A stretch of 64,000 nucleotides of DNA, taken from the IMG/VR virus record IMGVR_UViG_3300009431_000002, positions 96,001-160,000 of that record; one strand, written 5' to 3'. Below the pieces are notes generated by a model. That model did not search any database, had not been told where the DNA came from, and saw nothing but the letters and a program-made list of their open reading frames with translations. The translations under genes were made by a program, and so were the position numbers. The DNA comes from a virus (Duplodnaviria > Caudoviricetes). Positions within the stretch are counted from its first letter, which is position 1; every line of letters begins with the position of its first letter. Shown piece by piece: positions 27,109-35,059 of the stretch.

Positions 27109-28017
27109 CTACTGGCGGACGCGCTTGTCGACGTCCTCGTACTGGCGCTCGAGTTCGGCCTTCGCAGCCTTCACCACGCCGAGGCGCTGCTGCAGCAGGT
27201 CGAGGTGGCGGGTCGCCTTGGCGAGCTGGCTGTCCAGGTCGACCTCCCGGCTCTGCGCCGCGGCCACCTTCTCGGCGTCGAAGTGGATCTCGAGGTCGGG
27301 GTCGTTCCGCAGCGCCGACTTCATGCCGACGATGATGTGCGGGAGCATGCTGGCCATCTTCTCGGGACCGGAGACGAACTCCACCACGGCGCCGACGTCC
27401 TCGAGCGGCACACCCTCCTGCAGGGCCTGCTGCATCACGGCGTCGAACTGCTCGGCTGCCTCCTTGTAGAAGGTCCGGACCTCCGCCTCCTCCGCGCTGA
27501 CGTGCTCGATGGCGCCGCGGAGCTGCTGCCACTGCCGGACGTCGGCGGAGGCGTCCACGTGCTCCGATGCCACCTTCTCCTGCTCGACGCCGAAGGCATC
27601 GGCGAGGACGTCGTCGGCGATGTCCTCGTGCAGTCCCTCCCGGAAGTCCTGGACCTGGACGCCGTAGGCCTGCGCGGCCGAGAGCTTCACGGCGGGGCGC
27701 GACTGCCCCTCCAGGTGCGCGAGGATCACGACGGGGTCGCCGTAGTCGAACACCACGTTCTTGACGGCGCCGGCCTCCTTCTGGAAGAGCTGGTCGTAGG
27801 CCTCCTGGTTGGCGGCCTCGGTGATCCGGTGGACGTGCTGGGGCGTCAGGTCGGGGTTGGCCTGGGCGATCTTGAGAACGGCGTCGTTCAGTGAGGTACC
27901 CTGGTTCAGGAACTCCGACGCGGCCTCCTTGCCCAGCAGCTTCAGCTTGGTCGCTTCGACCCCGGAGGTCTTGGTCTTGGTCGACGTGAGGAACGCTTCG
28001 AGAGCGGTGTCGGGCAT
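27109..28017 (-). CDS. K-x-A-rich head-module protein, 302 aa (first gene of the capsid operon)
   Basis: LKIAQ, QKEAG, VKLSA, EKVAS, YKEAA, EKMAS, EKVAA; GAGGTG RBS. Confidence 0.7.
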   Translation of the reverse strand: MPDTALEAFLTSTKTKTSGVEATKLKLLGKEAASEFLNQGTSLNDAVLKIAQANPDLTPQHVHRITEAANQEAYDQLFQKEAGAVKNVVFDYGDPVVILAHLEGQSRPAVKLSAAQAYGVQVQDFREGLHEDIADDVLADAFGVEQEKVASEHVDASADVRQWQQLRGAIEHVSAEEAEVRTFYKEAAEQFDAVMQQALQEGVPLEDVGAVVEFVSGPEKMASMLPHIIVGMKSALRNDPDLEIHFDAEKVAAAQSREVDLDSQLAKATRHLDLLQQRLGVVKAAKAELERQYEDVDKRVRQ

Positions 28018-28046
28018 GGTTCACCTCTGGGGTTGGACCTCTTCTG

Positions 28047-28076
28047 GTTATAGGTGGGCGCGCGAATCAGTGTCAA
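28047..28076 (-). promoter_or_regulatory. Sigma70-like promoter TTGACA-N18-TATAAC for the capsid operon
   Basis: Plus-strand TGTCAA at 28071-28076 and GTTATA at 28047-28052; 30 nt upstream of the ATG at 28017. Confidence 0.75.
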
Positions 28077-28098
28077 CGGCAAAGCCCGGGGCGGGGCG

Positions 28099-28106
28099 GG
28101 CACAAG
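28099..28106 (+). promoter_or_regulatory. Intergenic motif GGCACAAG
   Basis: Immediately upstream of the RBS of 28123; one of six similar intergenic copies. Confidence 0.5.
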
Positions 28107-28122
28107 TGGGTCGGAGGAAACG

Positions 28123-28818
28123 ATGACACAGACCCTATCCAAGAAGGAGGCGGCCGTACATCTGGGCGTCTCCGTGCGCTCTGTCGAGAAGTTCATTCAG
28201 GACGGCCTGCTCCCCAAGTACACCCAGGGGAGGCGTGTGCTGCTCATGGCCGACGATGTCGAGGAACTCCGCGTCGAACGCGAGGAGGCAACGGTCCCGC
28301 TGCTGAACCGGAAGGTCATCGCCGACCTGCGCCGCCGCGTCCGCGTGCTCGAGCACCGCGTCTCCATCGTCCTGAGCATCCATGAGATCTCCGAGCCGCC
28401 ACTCGCCCTCACCGACGAGGACGCACTGCGCGTCTTCACCATGGCCGTGCACGCCGTGGAGCACCCGACCATCGAAGCCTGCACGCGGTGGGCCGCGCTG
28501 CTGCCCCGCATCAACGAGGACGTGCTGGCGCAGATGCAGCGCGTGGCCAAACGGCTCAACCCCGGCGCCACCTTCCTCAAGCTGAGCCTGTCGTTGCAGC
28601 GGCACCTCAAGGAGAACGAGCACTTCGCCACCAGCCTCGAGATGCAGAAGCTCCACGCCCAACTGAGCAACCTCCATCCATTCCTGCGCACCGTCGTCGT
28701 CGCCTTCATCGACATGCAGGAGGGCCTGTCGATCCAGGATCGCGTGAATCTCATCGGCGGGCCCGAGTCCTCCATCGAAGAGGACATCGTCTCCCAGATC
28801 TGCAAGTCCAGCCGCTGA
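28123..28818 (+). CDS. Excisionase/MerR-like helix-turn-helix DNA-binding protein
   Basis: LSKKEAAVHLGVSVRSVEKFIQDGLLP...GRRVLL matches the excisionase-type wHTH pattern; ATG after GGAGG. Confidence 0.8.
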   Translation: MTQTLSKKEAAVHLGVSVRSVEKFIQDGLLPKYTQGRRVLLMADDVEELRVEREEATVPLLNRKVIADLRRRVRVLEHRVSIVLSIHEISEPPLALTDEDALRVFTMAVHAVEHPTIEACTRWAALLPRINEDVLAQMQRVAKRLNPGATFLKLSLSLQRHLKENEHFATSLEMQKLHAQLSNLHPFLRTVVVAFIDMQEGLSIQDRVNLIGGPESSIEEDIVSQICKSSR

Positions 28819-28821
28819 TCC

Positions 28822-28829
28822 GGCACAAG
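28822..28829 (+). promoter_or_regulatory. Intergenic motif GGCACAAG
   Basis: 3 nt after the stop of the HTH gene, upstream of 28962. Confidence 0.45.
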
Positions 28830-28884
28830 GGCGTCAGAACCCCCGCATTTCCGCCCAAAAACCGCAAATATGGCGCGCGGTTAC

Positions 28885-28900
28885 GGGATAAGAAAAGTAG
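28885..28900 (+). promoter_or_regulatory. Intergenic motif GGGATAAGAAAAGTAG
   Basis: 14 of 16 positions identical to GGCATAAGAAAAGCAG at 59213-59228. Confidence 0.55.
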
Positions 28901-28961
28901 CCCGCAGACAGACTGCTCATGCTGTCGGTGGGAAAACTCACCCCACAGAGGAGGTACGATT

Positions 28962-29717
28962 ATGAGCGACCAGGCAACCGCGAAGAAGAAGGCCCCCGCC
29001 AAGGCCACGAAGACCACGGCCGCCCCCACGGCCACGGGGGCGGACACCGCCCGCAAGGCCGCGCCGGCCAAGGCCAAGAAGACCTCGACGTCCAAGGCCC
29101 CGACCACCGCCCAGCGCCTGAGCGCGATGGACAAGCGGATCGGCGGCATCGGTGACGAGGTCGCCGCGATGGCCGAGACGGTCAACGGCATCCCCGGCGC
29201 CCTGGAGGACCACGCCAAGTCCGTGTCCGGCCAGATCCACGCCGGCGTGACCGAGGCCGTGACCGAGGGCCTCCGGCCCGTCGCCGAGGCCGTCGAGACC
29301 GTGGCCGAGACCGAGCGCCGCGTGGCCCACCTGGAGCGCGGCCAGGACGAGATCGCCGACGAGATGGACTGGCTGGCCAACCGGGTCCGCCCCGGCCACG
29401 ACCGCGGCACCGTCGGCGCCATCGTGCTGGCGCCCGTGGACGCGGCCCGCACGCCGGTGACCCCGGCGCAGGTCGGCGGCACCGTGGCCGGCAGCGCCGG
29501 CGCGCTGGCCCTGGGCAGCCGGTTCGAGAACGGCTTCCTGTCCGGCCCGCTCGGCATGGTGACCGGCGGCGTGACCGGCTACGTCGTGACCCGCGTCGGC
29601 GGCTGGGCCATCGGCAAGGGCATCACCCGCGCCGGCCAGTTCCTGGCCGACCGCAAGGCCCGCCGCGAGGCCGCCCAGCAGGTCGAGGCGCCCGCCGAGG
29701 CCCCGGCCCAGTCCTAG
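28962..29717 (+). CDS. Protein with histone-H1-like Ala/Lys/Thr N-terminus, coiled coil and C-terminal glycine zipper, 251 aa
   Basis: ATG after GAGGAGG; AKKKAPAKATK...AAPAKAKK; hydrophobic GPLGMVTGGVTGYVVTRVGGWAIG. Confidence 0.75.
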   Translation: MSDQATAKKKAPAKATKTTAAPTATGADTARKAAPAKAKKTSTSKAPTTAQRLSAMDKRIGGIGDEVAAMAETVNGIPGALEDHAKSVSGQIHAGVTEAVTEGLRPVAEAVETVAETERRVAHLERGQDEIADEMDWLANRVRPGHDRGTVGAIVLAPVDAARTPVTPAQVGGTVAGSAGALALGSRFENGFLSGPLGMVTGGVTGYVVTRVGGWAIGKGITRAGQFLADRKARREAAQQVEAPAEAPAQS

Positions 29718-29786
29718 CGACCCCGCCACCCACCGTCCTCACAGCGCACCCGCGCCCCGTCCCGGGGCTGCGACGCGAGCGCACCT

Positions 29787-29807
29787 GGAACCACCGCGGT
29801 TCCTCTT
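29787..29807 (+). terminator. Possible weak intrinsic terminator between convergent genes
   Basis: GGAACC-ACCGC-GGTTCC followed by TCTT. Confidence 0.3.
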
Positions 29808-29816
29808 ACCTCGGGA

Positions 29817-31586
29817 TTACGCGGCGAGCTTCTGCGGCACGAAGATGTCCGGCCGCGGGATGCGGCGGGTCGATGCGAGCAAGCACAACAGCGCGGCGTG
29901 GTAGGAGTCATCCGTGGTCTCCGGCGCCAGCTTGTACTCGTCCTGTCGGGTCTTCTCGTTGTACTCGGTGAAGATGTTGACGAAGTCCGAAGCGAACGGC
30001 TCCTTGAACTGCCGCCAGTTGGGGAACCGGATCAGCTGCTTGCCCTGGTTCTTCATCGCGTTGAAGAAGTCGGCCATCACGGCGGTCCGGTTGACGACGT
30101 ACCTGTGCAGGCCGGGGTCCCAGCGCCACTTCTCGTTGGGCTGGCTGTACTGCCACTTCGTGATGCGCTGAGGGCCGAAGGTCTTGATGAGCTCGTTGTT
30201 GGGGAAGTGGCCACCACCGAAGTCGCAGGCCACGACCTCGACCTTCCAGGTGTTGATCAGCTGCTTGATGAGGTCGAGCTGGACATCCGGCTCAGCCTCT
30301 GGCCCCTCGAACCTGTGCAGGTAGAAGATGGTGAAGCGGTCGTCGCCCGGGAAGTAGGTGCCCAGGCACACGACGGTGTAGCTGGACTCGCTGCCACCCG
30401 CCCAGTCCACGCCCATGAACACGCGGCCGCTGCCGCCGAGCCGGGCGCCGAACTTCCGCATGCTGTCGGCGTCCATGCTGATCTTCGAGTCGCACAGCAT
30501 CTGGAGCTGACGGCGCGTGATGGGCCGGACACCAGAGTCGTAGCTCAGACCCAGGACCTCGTTGAAGAACCGGACCCGCGGGTAGAACTGCTGCTTCTGC
30601 AGGATGTCGGTCCAGCTGATCCACGGCACCATCAGCTGCGGGATCCGGAAGCCCTCGAACGGCTCGGGGATGTCCGGGTGCGGGTTCATCATCGCCCACT
30701 GCGCCATCGGGTGCATGGGGTCGATGGGCCGGCCGCAGCGGTCGCAGATGCAGCCGTGCTTGCCGATGTTCCGCTCGGTCAGGATGTTCCAATGCCAGGA
30801 GCTCGGGTCCTTCGGCGTGCCGTGACGCTCGCAAGGAACCACCCACTCGTTCTGGGTCGAGTAGTAGACCCAGTAGTGCTCCATCGGATTGTCGGTGGAT
30901 TTCGGCGTGCCCGAGTAGGTGAACAGGCCCCACGGCGAGTGGGAAGCCGTCTCCTCGATCACCGGAATGTTGCCGAGCAGGATGTCCTGGAGCTCGTCGA
31001 TGCACACCATGTCCGCAGAGATCCCGCGGGTCCGGTCGGCGTTGTGGTAGGCGTAGCGCAGCCGGATGAAGGCGTGGTTGATGAACTTCTTGAGGTGGAT
31101 GTTGTCGGCGAGTTTCGTGGTCGTCCAGCTCGCCAGCACGGGGCTGATGCTGATGGGGTCGGCCAGCCGATCTCGGGAGAACTGGTTCGTCTGGGTGTGG
31201 GTCGGGGAGACGTAGAGGCTCTTGAAGCCGGTGTTGATGCACGAGTAGCTCAGCATCTTGTTGCCGAGCATCGTGCTCTTCTCGACCTGTCGGCCGGTCT
31301 TCAGTAGAACTCTCTTGTAGCTGGTGTCATAAGGGCGTCGTAGGTAACGGCGCTCGGAGAAATCGAAGGGGACGATGCGGTTCTTCTCTTGGTCGACGAC
31401 CTTGATGGCGTACTCGGTGAAGTCTGAGGGGCGCGCGTAGATGAGCGCCTCTTCCGTCTTCTCCTCAACGTAGTCCTCGCTGACGGGGTCGTAGGGTTCG
31501 ACCTCGAGGTCCCAATCCTCGGTCTCGACCCACTCGCCGTTGTTCCGCCAATCTTGGATGACGCGCGGCGCTACCTCGAATGTCAT
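29817..31586 (-). CDS. terL: Terminase large subunit
   Basis: Walker A-like LLKTGRQVEKST, Walker B VCIDELQD preceded by RGISAD, nuclease motif FMGVDWAGG and C-terminal DDSYHA. Confidence 0.9.
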   Translation of the reverse strand: MTFEVAPRVIQDWRNNGEWVETEDWDLEVEPYDPVSEDYVEEKTEEALIYARPSDFTEYAIKVVDQEKNRIVPFDFSERRYLRRPYDTSYKRVLLKTGRQVEKSTMLGNKMLSYSCINTGFKSLYVSPTHTQTNQFSRDRLADPISISPVLASWTTTKLADNIHLKKFINHAFIRLRYAYHNADRTRGISADMVCIDELQDILLGNIPVIEETASHSPWGLFTYSGTPKSTDNPMEHYWVYYSTQNEWVVPCERHGTPKDPSSWHWNILTERNIGKHGCICDRCGRPIDPMHPMAQWAMMNPHPDIPEPFEGFRIPQLMVPWISWTDILQKQQFYPRVRFFNEVLGLSYDSGVRPITRRQLQMLCDSKISMDADSMRKFGARLGGSGRVFMGVDWAGGSESSYTVVCLGTYFPGDDRFTIFYLHRFEGPEAEPDVQLDLIKQLINTWKVEVVACDFGGGHFPNNELIKTFGPQRITKWQYSQPNEKWRWDPGLHRYVVNRTAVMADFFNAMKNQGKQLIRFPNWRQFKEPFASDFVNIFTEYNEKTRQDEYKLAPETTDDSYHAALLCLLASTRRIPRPDIFVPQKLAA

Positions 31587-31612
31587 CGACCCTCCGCTTG
31601 TCAGCCAATCAG

Positions 31613-31642
31613 TTTACACGCCGTAACGTAGGCCTCTACCAT
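31613..31642 (+). promoter_or_regulatory. Sigma70-like promoter TTTACA-N18-TACCAT upstream of parB
   Basis: Hexamers at 31613-31618 and 31637-31642, followed by GAGGAGGAG RBS and ATG at 31658. Confidence 0.45.
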
Positions 31643-31657
31643 ACCCGAGGAGGAGAT

Positions 31658-32674
31658 ATGAAGGTCCAGCTCATTCCACGGGGCGAGATCCGCCTCGACC
31701 TCAACCTGCTGCCCAATCCACGCGAGTGGCACATCCGGGAGGAGTCGGGGTTCGCGCTCCGCATCATCCAGGTCGGCCGCCTCGACCAGCCCATCGACGT
31801 CTGGTTCGACGGCGAGCACTACTACCTGGTCAACGGACTCCGCCGATGGCTCGCCCTGGAGTGGATGGAGGAACACCGCCCCGACGAGTACCACGCCATG
31901 TTCGACGACGGCATCGAGTGCCTCGTCCGGACGGGCGACATCGAGGACGTCATCGTCGCGGCCATCGTGGTCAACGCCGACCGCGAGGAGTACACCCCGC
32001 TCGAGATCGCCAACGCCTGCGAGATCCTGCGCAGCCGGGGCTACGGCAACAAGAAGATCGCTGCCATCGTCAACAAGGACGTCCGCACCGTCCAGCGCGC
32101 CCTGGAGTTCAAGGACAAGACCGACGAGTCCGTCACCGAGCTCGTGCGCGAGGGCGTCCTCAAGTTCAGCGCCGCCTGCGACGTCGTCAAGGCCCCCCGC
32201 AACACGTGGAAGGGACTGCTGGACGAGCTGATGGGCGTGAAGCCGCACATCGACGAGAAGGCCGACCCCAACACCATGCCCCACAAGAAGCGGAAGAAGG
32301 GCCCCAAGGGCAAGACCTCCTCCAAGGAGGCGGGCGCCAAGGAGCTCAACCCGCGGTCGCCGACCCGCCGCAAGAAGCCGGCGCCGAAGAAGGACGGGAT
32401 CACCAAGACCCGGGAGCGCGCCAAGAAGCTGGGCGGCCGAGCCGGCGGCAAGAAGACCATCACCGAGATCCGGTCGCTCGTCGGGGAGACGGAGCAGCAG
32501 CTCAAGCAGCACGAGATCGACGGCAAGGGCCAGATCCTCGAGCCGGACGAGGTGGCGCGTCGGAAGGGCGAGAACGCGGCCGGTGCCATCTCGTACCACT
32601 ACGACAAGGGCAAGCTCGAGGGCATGATCGCGGGCCTCAAGTGGGCGCTGGGTGAGGGCAAAGACGCATCCTGA
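31658..32674 (+). CDS. parB: ParB/Spo0J-family protein with Lys-rich C-terminus
   Basis: QPIDV...YYLVNGLRRWLA (GxRR motif), NADREEYTPLEIANA, HTH GNKKIAAIVNKDVRTVQRAL. Confidence 0.85.
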   Translation: MKVQLIPRGEIRLDLNLLPNPREWHIREESGFALRIIQVGRLDQPIDVWFDGEHYYLVNGLRRWLALEWMEEHRPDEYHAMFDDGIECLVRTGDIEDVIVAAIVVNADREEYTPLEIANACEILRSRGYGNKKIAAIVNKDVRTVQRALEFKDKTDESVTELVREGVLKFSAACDVVKAPRNTWKGLLDELMGVKPHIDEKADPNTMPHKKRKKGPKGKTSSKEAGAKELNPRSPTRRKKPAPKKDGITKTRERAKKLGGRAGGKKTITEIRSLVGETEQQLKQHEIDGKGQILEPDEVARRKGENAAGAISYHYDKGKLEGMIAGLKWALGEGKDAS

Positions 32675-32678
32675 TTCT

Positions 32679-32686
32679 GGCACAAG
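32679..32686 (+). promoter_or_regulatory. Intergenic motif GGCACAAG
   Basis: 4 nt after the parB stop, upstream of 32744. Confidence 0.5.
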
Positions 32687-32743
32687 GGATGTAGTCAACC
32701 ACAGGGGAACAGCCCCAAGCTCACCCATAGGAGGGAATCACAC

Positions 32744-33175
32744 GTGACGAAAATCGACCGCCCCGTCAACCGCCAGATGACCGCCGAGGCCATCACCTAC
32801 CGGCTGATCCAGAGCCAGCGCAACCGCCAGAACACCGGATGGGACGACCCCGTCGTCCTGGTGGAGATGGCCGTGCACGACGCCAGCATGGAGCAGTACA
32901 ACGCGCGCCTGTCCCGGACCGTCATCACCCCGGACATCGGTGATGGCCGCCTCACCGAGACCACCATCGAGGCCATCATCCGCAAGGCCAAGGCCGACCA
33001 CGGCCTCGAGGGCAAGGCGCTGCTGCACCGCCGGTGCGTCGTCACCCTCAAGCCCAGCAACCGCCGGGACAAGCGCCCCAACGCCGACTTCGTGCGGCTG
33101 GGGATGCTCACCGACGAGGAGAAGGACGCGGACGCGCCGTCCGCGGACTCGCTCCAGGAGCTGGCGGGAGGGTGA
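32744..33175 (+). CDS. Hypothetical protein, 143 aa
   Basis: GTG after GGAGG; native codon usage. Confidence 0.7.
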   Translation: MTKIDRPVNRQMTAEAITYRLIQSQRNRQNTGWDDPVVLVEMAVHDASMEQYNARLSRTVITPDIGDGRLTETTIEAIIRKAKADHGLEGKALLHRRCVVTLKPSNRRDKRPNADFVRLGMLTDEEKDADAPSADSLQELAGG

Positions 33176-33609
33176 CCCGCAGCCGCGACCAGAAGGCTTC
33201 GGCCGGGGGATGCCCCCCGGCCGGGGCCGGCCGTGTGGACCCGTTGTTAGCTCAGAGGCTCGTGTGGGTGGACGACCTCGGCGCGGCGCTGTCCGACGCC
33301 ACCGACAAGGTGGAGCACGTCTTCATCACCGTGGACCCCGTCCGCAAGATGGCGGTCAGAATCGACATGAGGCTATCGGAACCCCTGGAGCCGGGGTCCG
33401 AGAAGCATTTCGCCAACGTGATTCGCGGCTGGGCCGCGGTCAACGACGTGGACGTGCTGAAGGTGACGACACAGTGTCGTCGCGTGTTGGTGGACGCCCA
33501 CGTCAAGTACCTTGGAGGTGGAGAGTGCCGTCACAGTATATGGGATCTGCGCCCAGCCCCGCGAAGCCGCCACCGCTTCGTGCGCATCGGGGACCGCGGA
33601 AGAAAATGA
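33172..33609 (+). CDS. Hypothetical protein, about 145 aa
   Basis: GTGA coupling at 33172-33175 and ATGA coupling with the next gene. Confidence 0.55.
   Translation: MTRSRDQKASAGGCPPAGAGRVDPLLAQRLVWVDDLGAALSDATDKVEHVFITVDPVRKMAVRIDMRLSEPLEPGSEKHFANVIRGWAAVNDVDVLKVTTQCRRVLVDAHVKYLGGGECRHSIWDLRPAPRSRHRFVRIGDRGRK
33465..33481. repeat. Palindrome copy 4 (GACGACACAGTGTCGTC)
   Basis: Inside 33172-33609 (reads TTQCR there), about 0.8 kb downstream of parB. Confidence 0.85.
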
Positions 33610-34229
33610 GAGTCGCCGGCCTGGACGAGGCGGGTGCCGGAGCCCTGGCCGGTCCCGTCATCGCCGCGGCCGCGCTCTACGACGACATGACGTGCCCGTT
33701 CGAGCCGCTCATCGACGGCGAGGGGTACAAGGACAGCAAGCAGCTCACGAAGCTGGCGCGCGAGAAGCTGGTCCCCCAGCTCATCGCTGGCGCCGTGTCC
33801 ATCGGGCTCGGATGGGCGGACCCCGAAGAGGTCGACCGCATGGGCATGCGGGAGGCTCACCTGCTCTGCCTGCGGCGCGCCGTGGGGGATCTGCAGACGC
33901 CGCCGGAGATGCTCTACGTCGACGGCCGCGCCTACGAGCTCAGTGGCCTGCCCTTCCCGCAGCTCGCCGAGAACCGAGCCGATACCATCTACTGGCAGGT
34001 GGCGGCCGCATCGGTCATCGCCAAGACCTACCGCGACGGCATCATGTACGAGCAGCACGCGAAGTACGATGGCTACGGGTTCAACACCAACGTGGGGTAC
34101 GGGTCCAACCAGCACCTCGAGGCTCTGGGCAGGCTCGGCCCGACGCCCATCCACCGCAAGCTGTTCATCCGCAAGCCCATGGCCCGGGCTGGGCAGCAGG
34201 TCCCCCTGTCCCGGAGGTACACCCTGTGA
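33606..34229 (+). CDS. rnhB: Ribonuclease HII
   Basis: MRVAGLDEAGAGALAGPV, KDSKQL, YVDG, VAAASVIAKTYRD, NVGYG...H, GPTPIHR: canonical RNase HII motifs. Confidence 0.93.
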   Translation: MRVAGLDEAGAGALAGPVIAAAALYDDMTCPFEPLIDGEGYKDSKQLTKLAREKLVPQLIAGAVSIGLGWADPEEVDRMGMREAHLLCLRRAVGDLQTPPEMLYVDGRAYELSGLPFPQLAENRADTIYWQVAAASVIAKTYRDGIMYEQHAKYDGYGFNTNVGYGSNQHLEALGRLGPTPIHRKLFIRKPMARAGQQVPLSRRYTL

Positions 34230-35059
34230 GCGGCGAGGTCACCACGGCCCGCATCGCCCGGCTACTGCACGCCCGCCACGAGCCGCCGGAATGGGCGTGC
34301 TTCCAGGAGTTCACGACGATGACGGGCGGCGGGTTCCGCCGGTCTGGCGGCTACAGGACCGTGCGGTTCGTCGACTTCCTCGCCGTGAACCTCTGGCCCT
34401 CGAAGGGGATCTCCAAGTCGCCCAGGGTCGTCGCCTACGAGATCAAGGTCAGCCGCTCCGACTTCTTCCGGGAGATCCAGGACCCCAGCAAGCGGGCCCA
34501 GGCCATGGCGATGTCCAGCGAGTTCGTGTTCGCCGTCCCCAGTGGGCTGGTGAAGAAGGACGAGGTCCCCGAGGGCTGCGGGCTGCTCTACGCCACGACG
34601 GCCGGCCTGCGGCAGATGAAGGCGCCGCGGCAGAAGAAGCCGGACGACTGGGACTGGAACCTCATCTGCTCGCTGGCACGCCGCGTCGCCGACGAGCGTC
34701 CGAAGGACTCGCTGGCCGCCTGGAGGGTGGCGGGCCGCGAGCTGACCTACGAGGAGCTCGTGCAGCTGGCCATCAGCTCGTACAAGCGTGACGTCGGCGA
34801 GACCGCGGAGGCCATCGCCAACGGCGCCACCAAGAAGCTGATCGCCTCCAAGCCCTACCAGGACCTGCTCGACATCGCCGCGGCCGTGAAGGAGAAGTGT
34901 GGCTGGCGCGTGCAGACGGGCGACCAGTTCCGCCGGTGGTTCGATGAGCAGCTGCAGGGCGCGGTAGACCGCGACACGATCAGTGGAATCCGGCAAGCGC
35001 GGAGCACGCTGGATCGAGTGCTGGAGCGAGTCGCGCCAGCTCCGAAGCAAACCCGCTGA
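34226..35059 (+). CDS. MmcB-like PD-(D/E)xK nuclease/DNA repair protein
   Basis: VDFLAV...AYEIKVSRSDF...FVFAVPSGLVKKDEVPEGCGLL pattern; GTGA coupling. Confidence 0.7.
   Translation: MSGEVTTARIARLLHARHEPPEWACFQEFTTMTGGGFRRSGGYRTVRFVDFLAVNLWPSKGISKSPRVVAYEIKVSRSDFFREIQDPSKRAQAMAMSSEFVFAVPSGLVKKDEVPEGCGLLYATTAGLRQMKAPRQKKPDDWDWNLICSLARRVADERPKDSLAAWRVAGRELTYEELVQLAISSYKRDVGETAEAIANGATKKLIASKPYQDLLDIAAAVKEKCGWRVQTGDQFRRWFDEQLQGAVDRDTISGIRQARSTLDRVLERVAPAPKQTR

Noticed and set aside
23756-28027. Identical 17-nt stretch GAGGTGAACCATGCCCG at the starts of 22067-23767 and 27109-28017
   Set aside because: Accounted for by a shared strong Shine-Dalgarno, spacer and Met-Pro start; not treated as a separate element.
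28054-28122. Upstream GTG start extending the HTH gene (similar over-extensions in the ORF track at 28488, 31580, 32940, 33512, 59348, 60954, 62604)
   Set aside because: The extensions run through promoters or neighbouring genes; downstream starts have clear RBSs or stop-start coupling.
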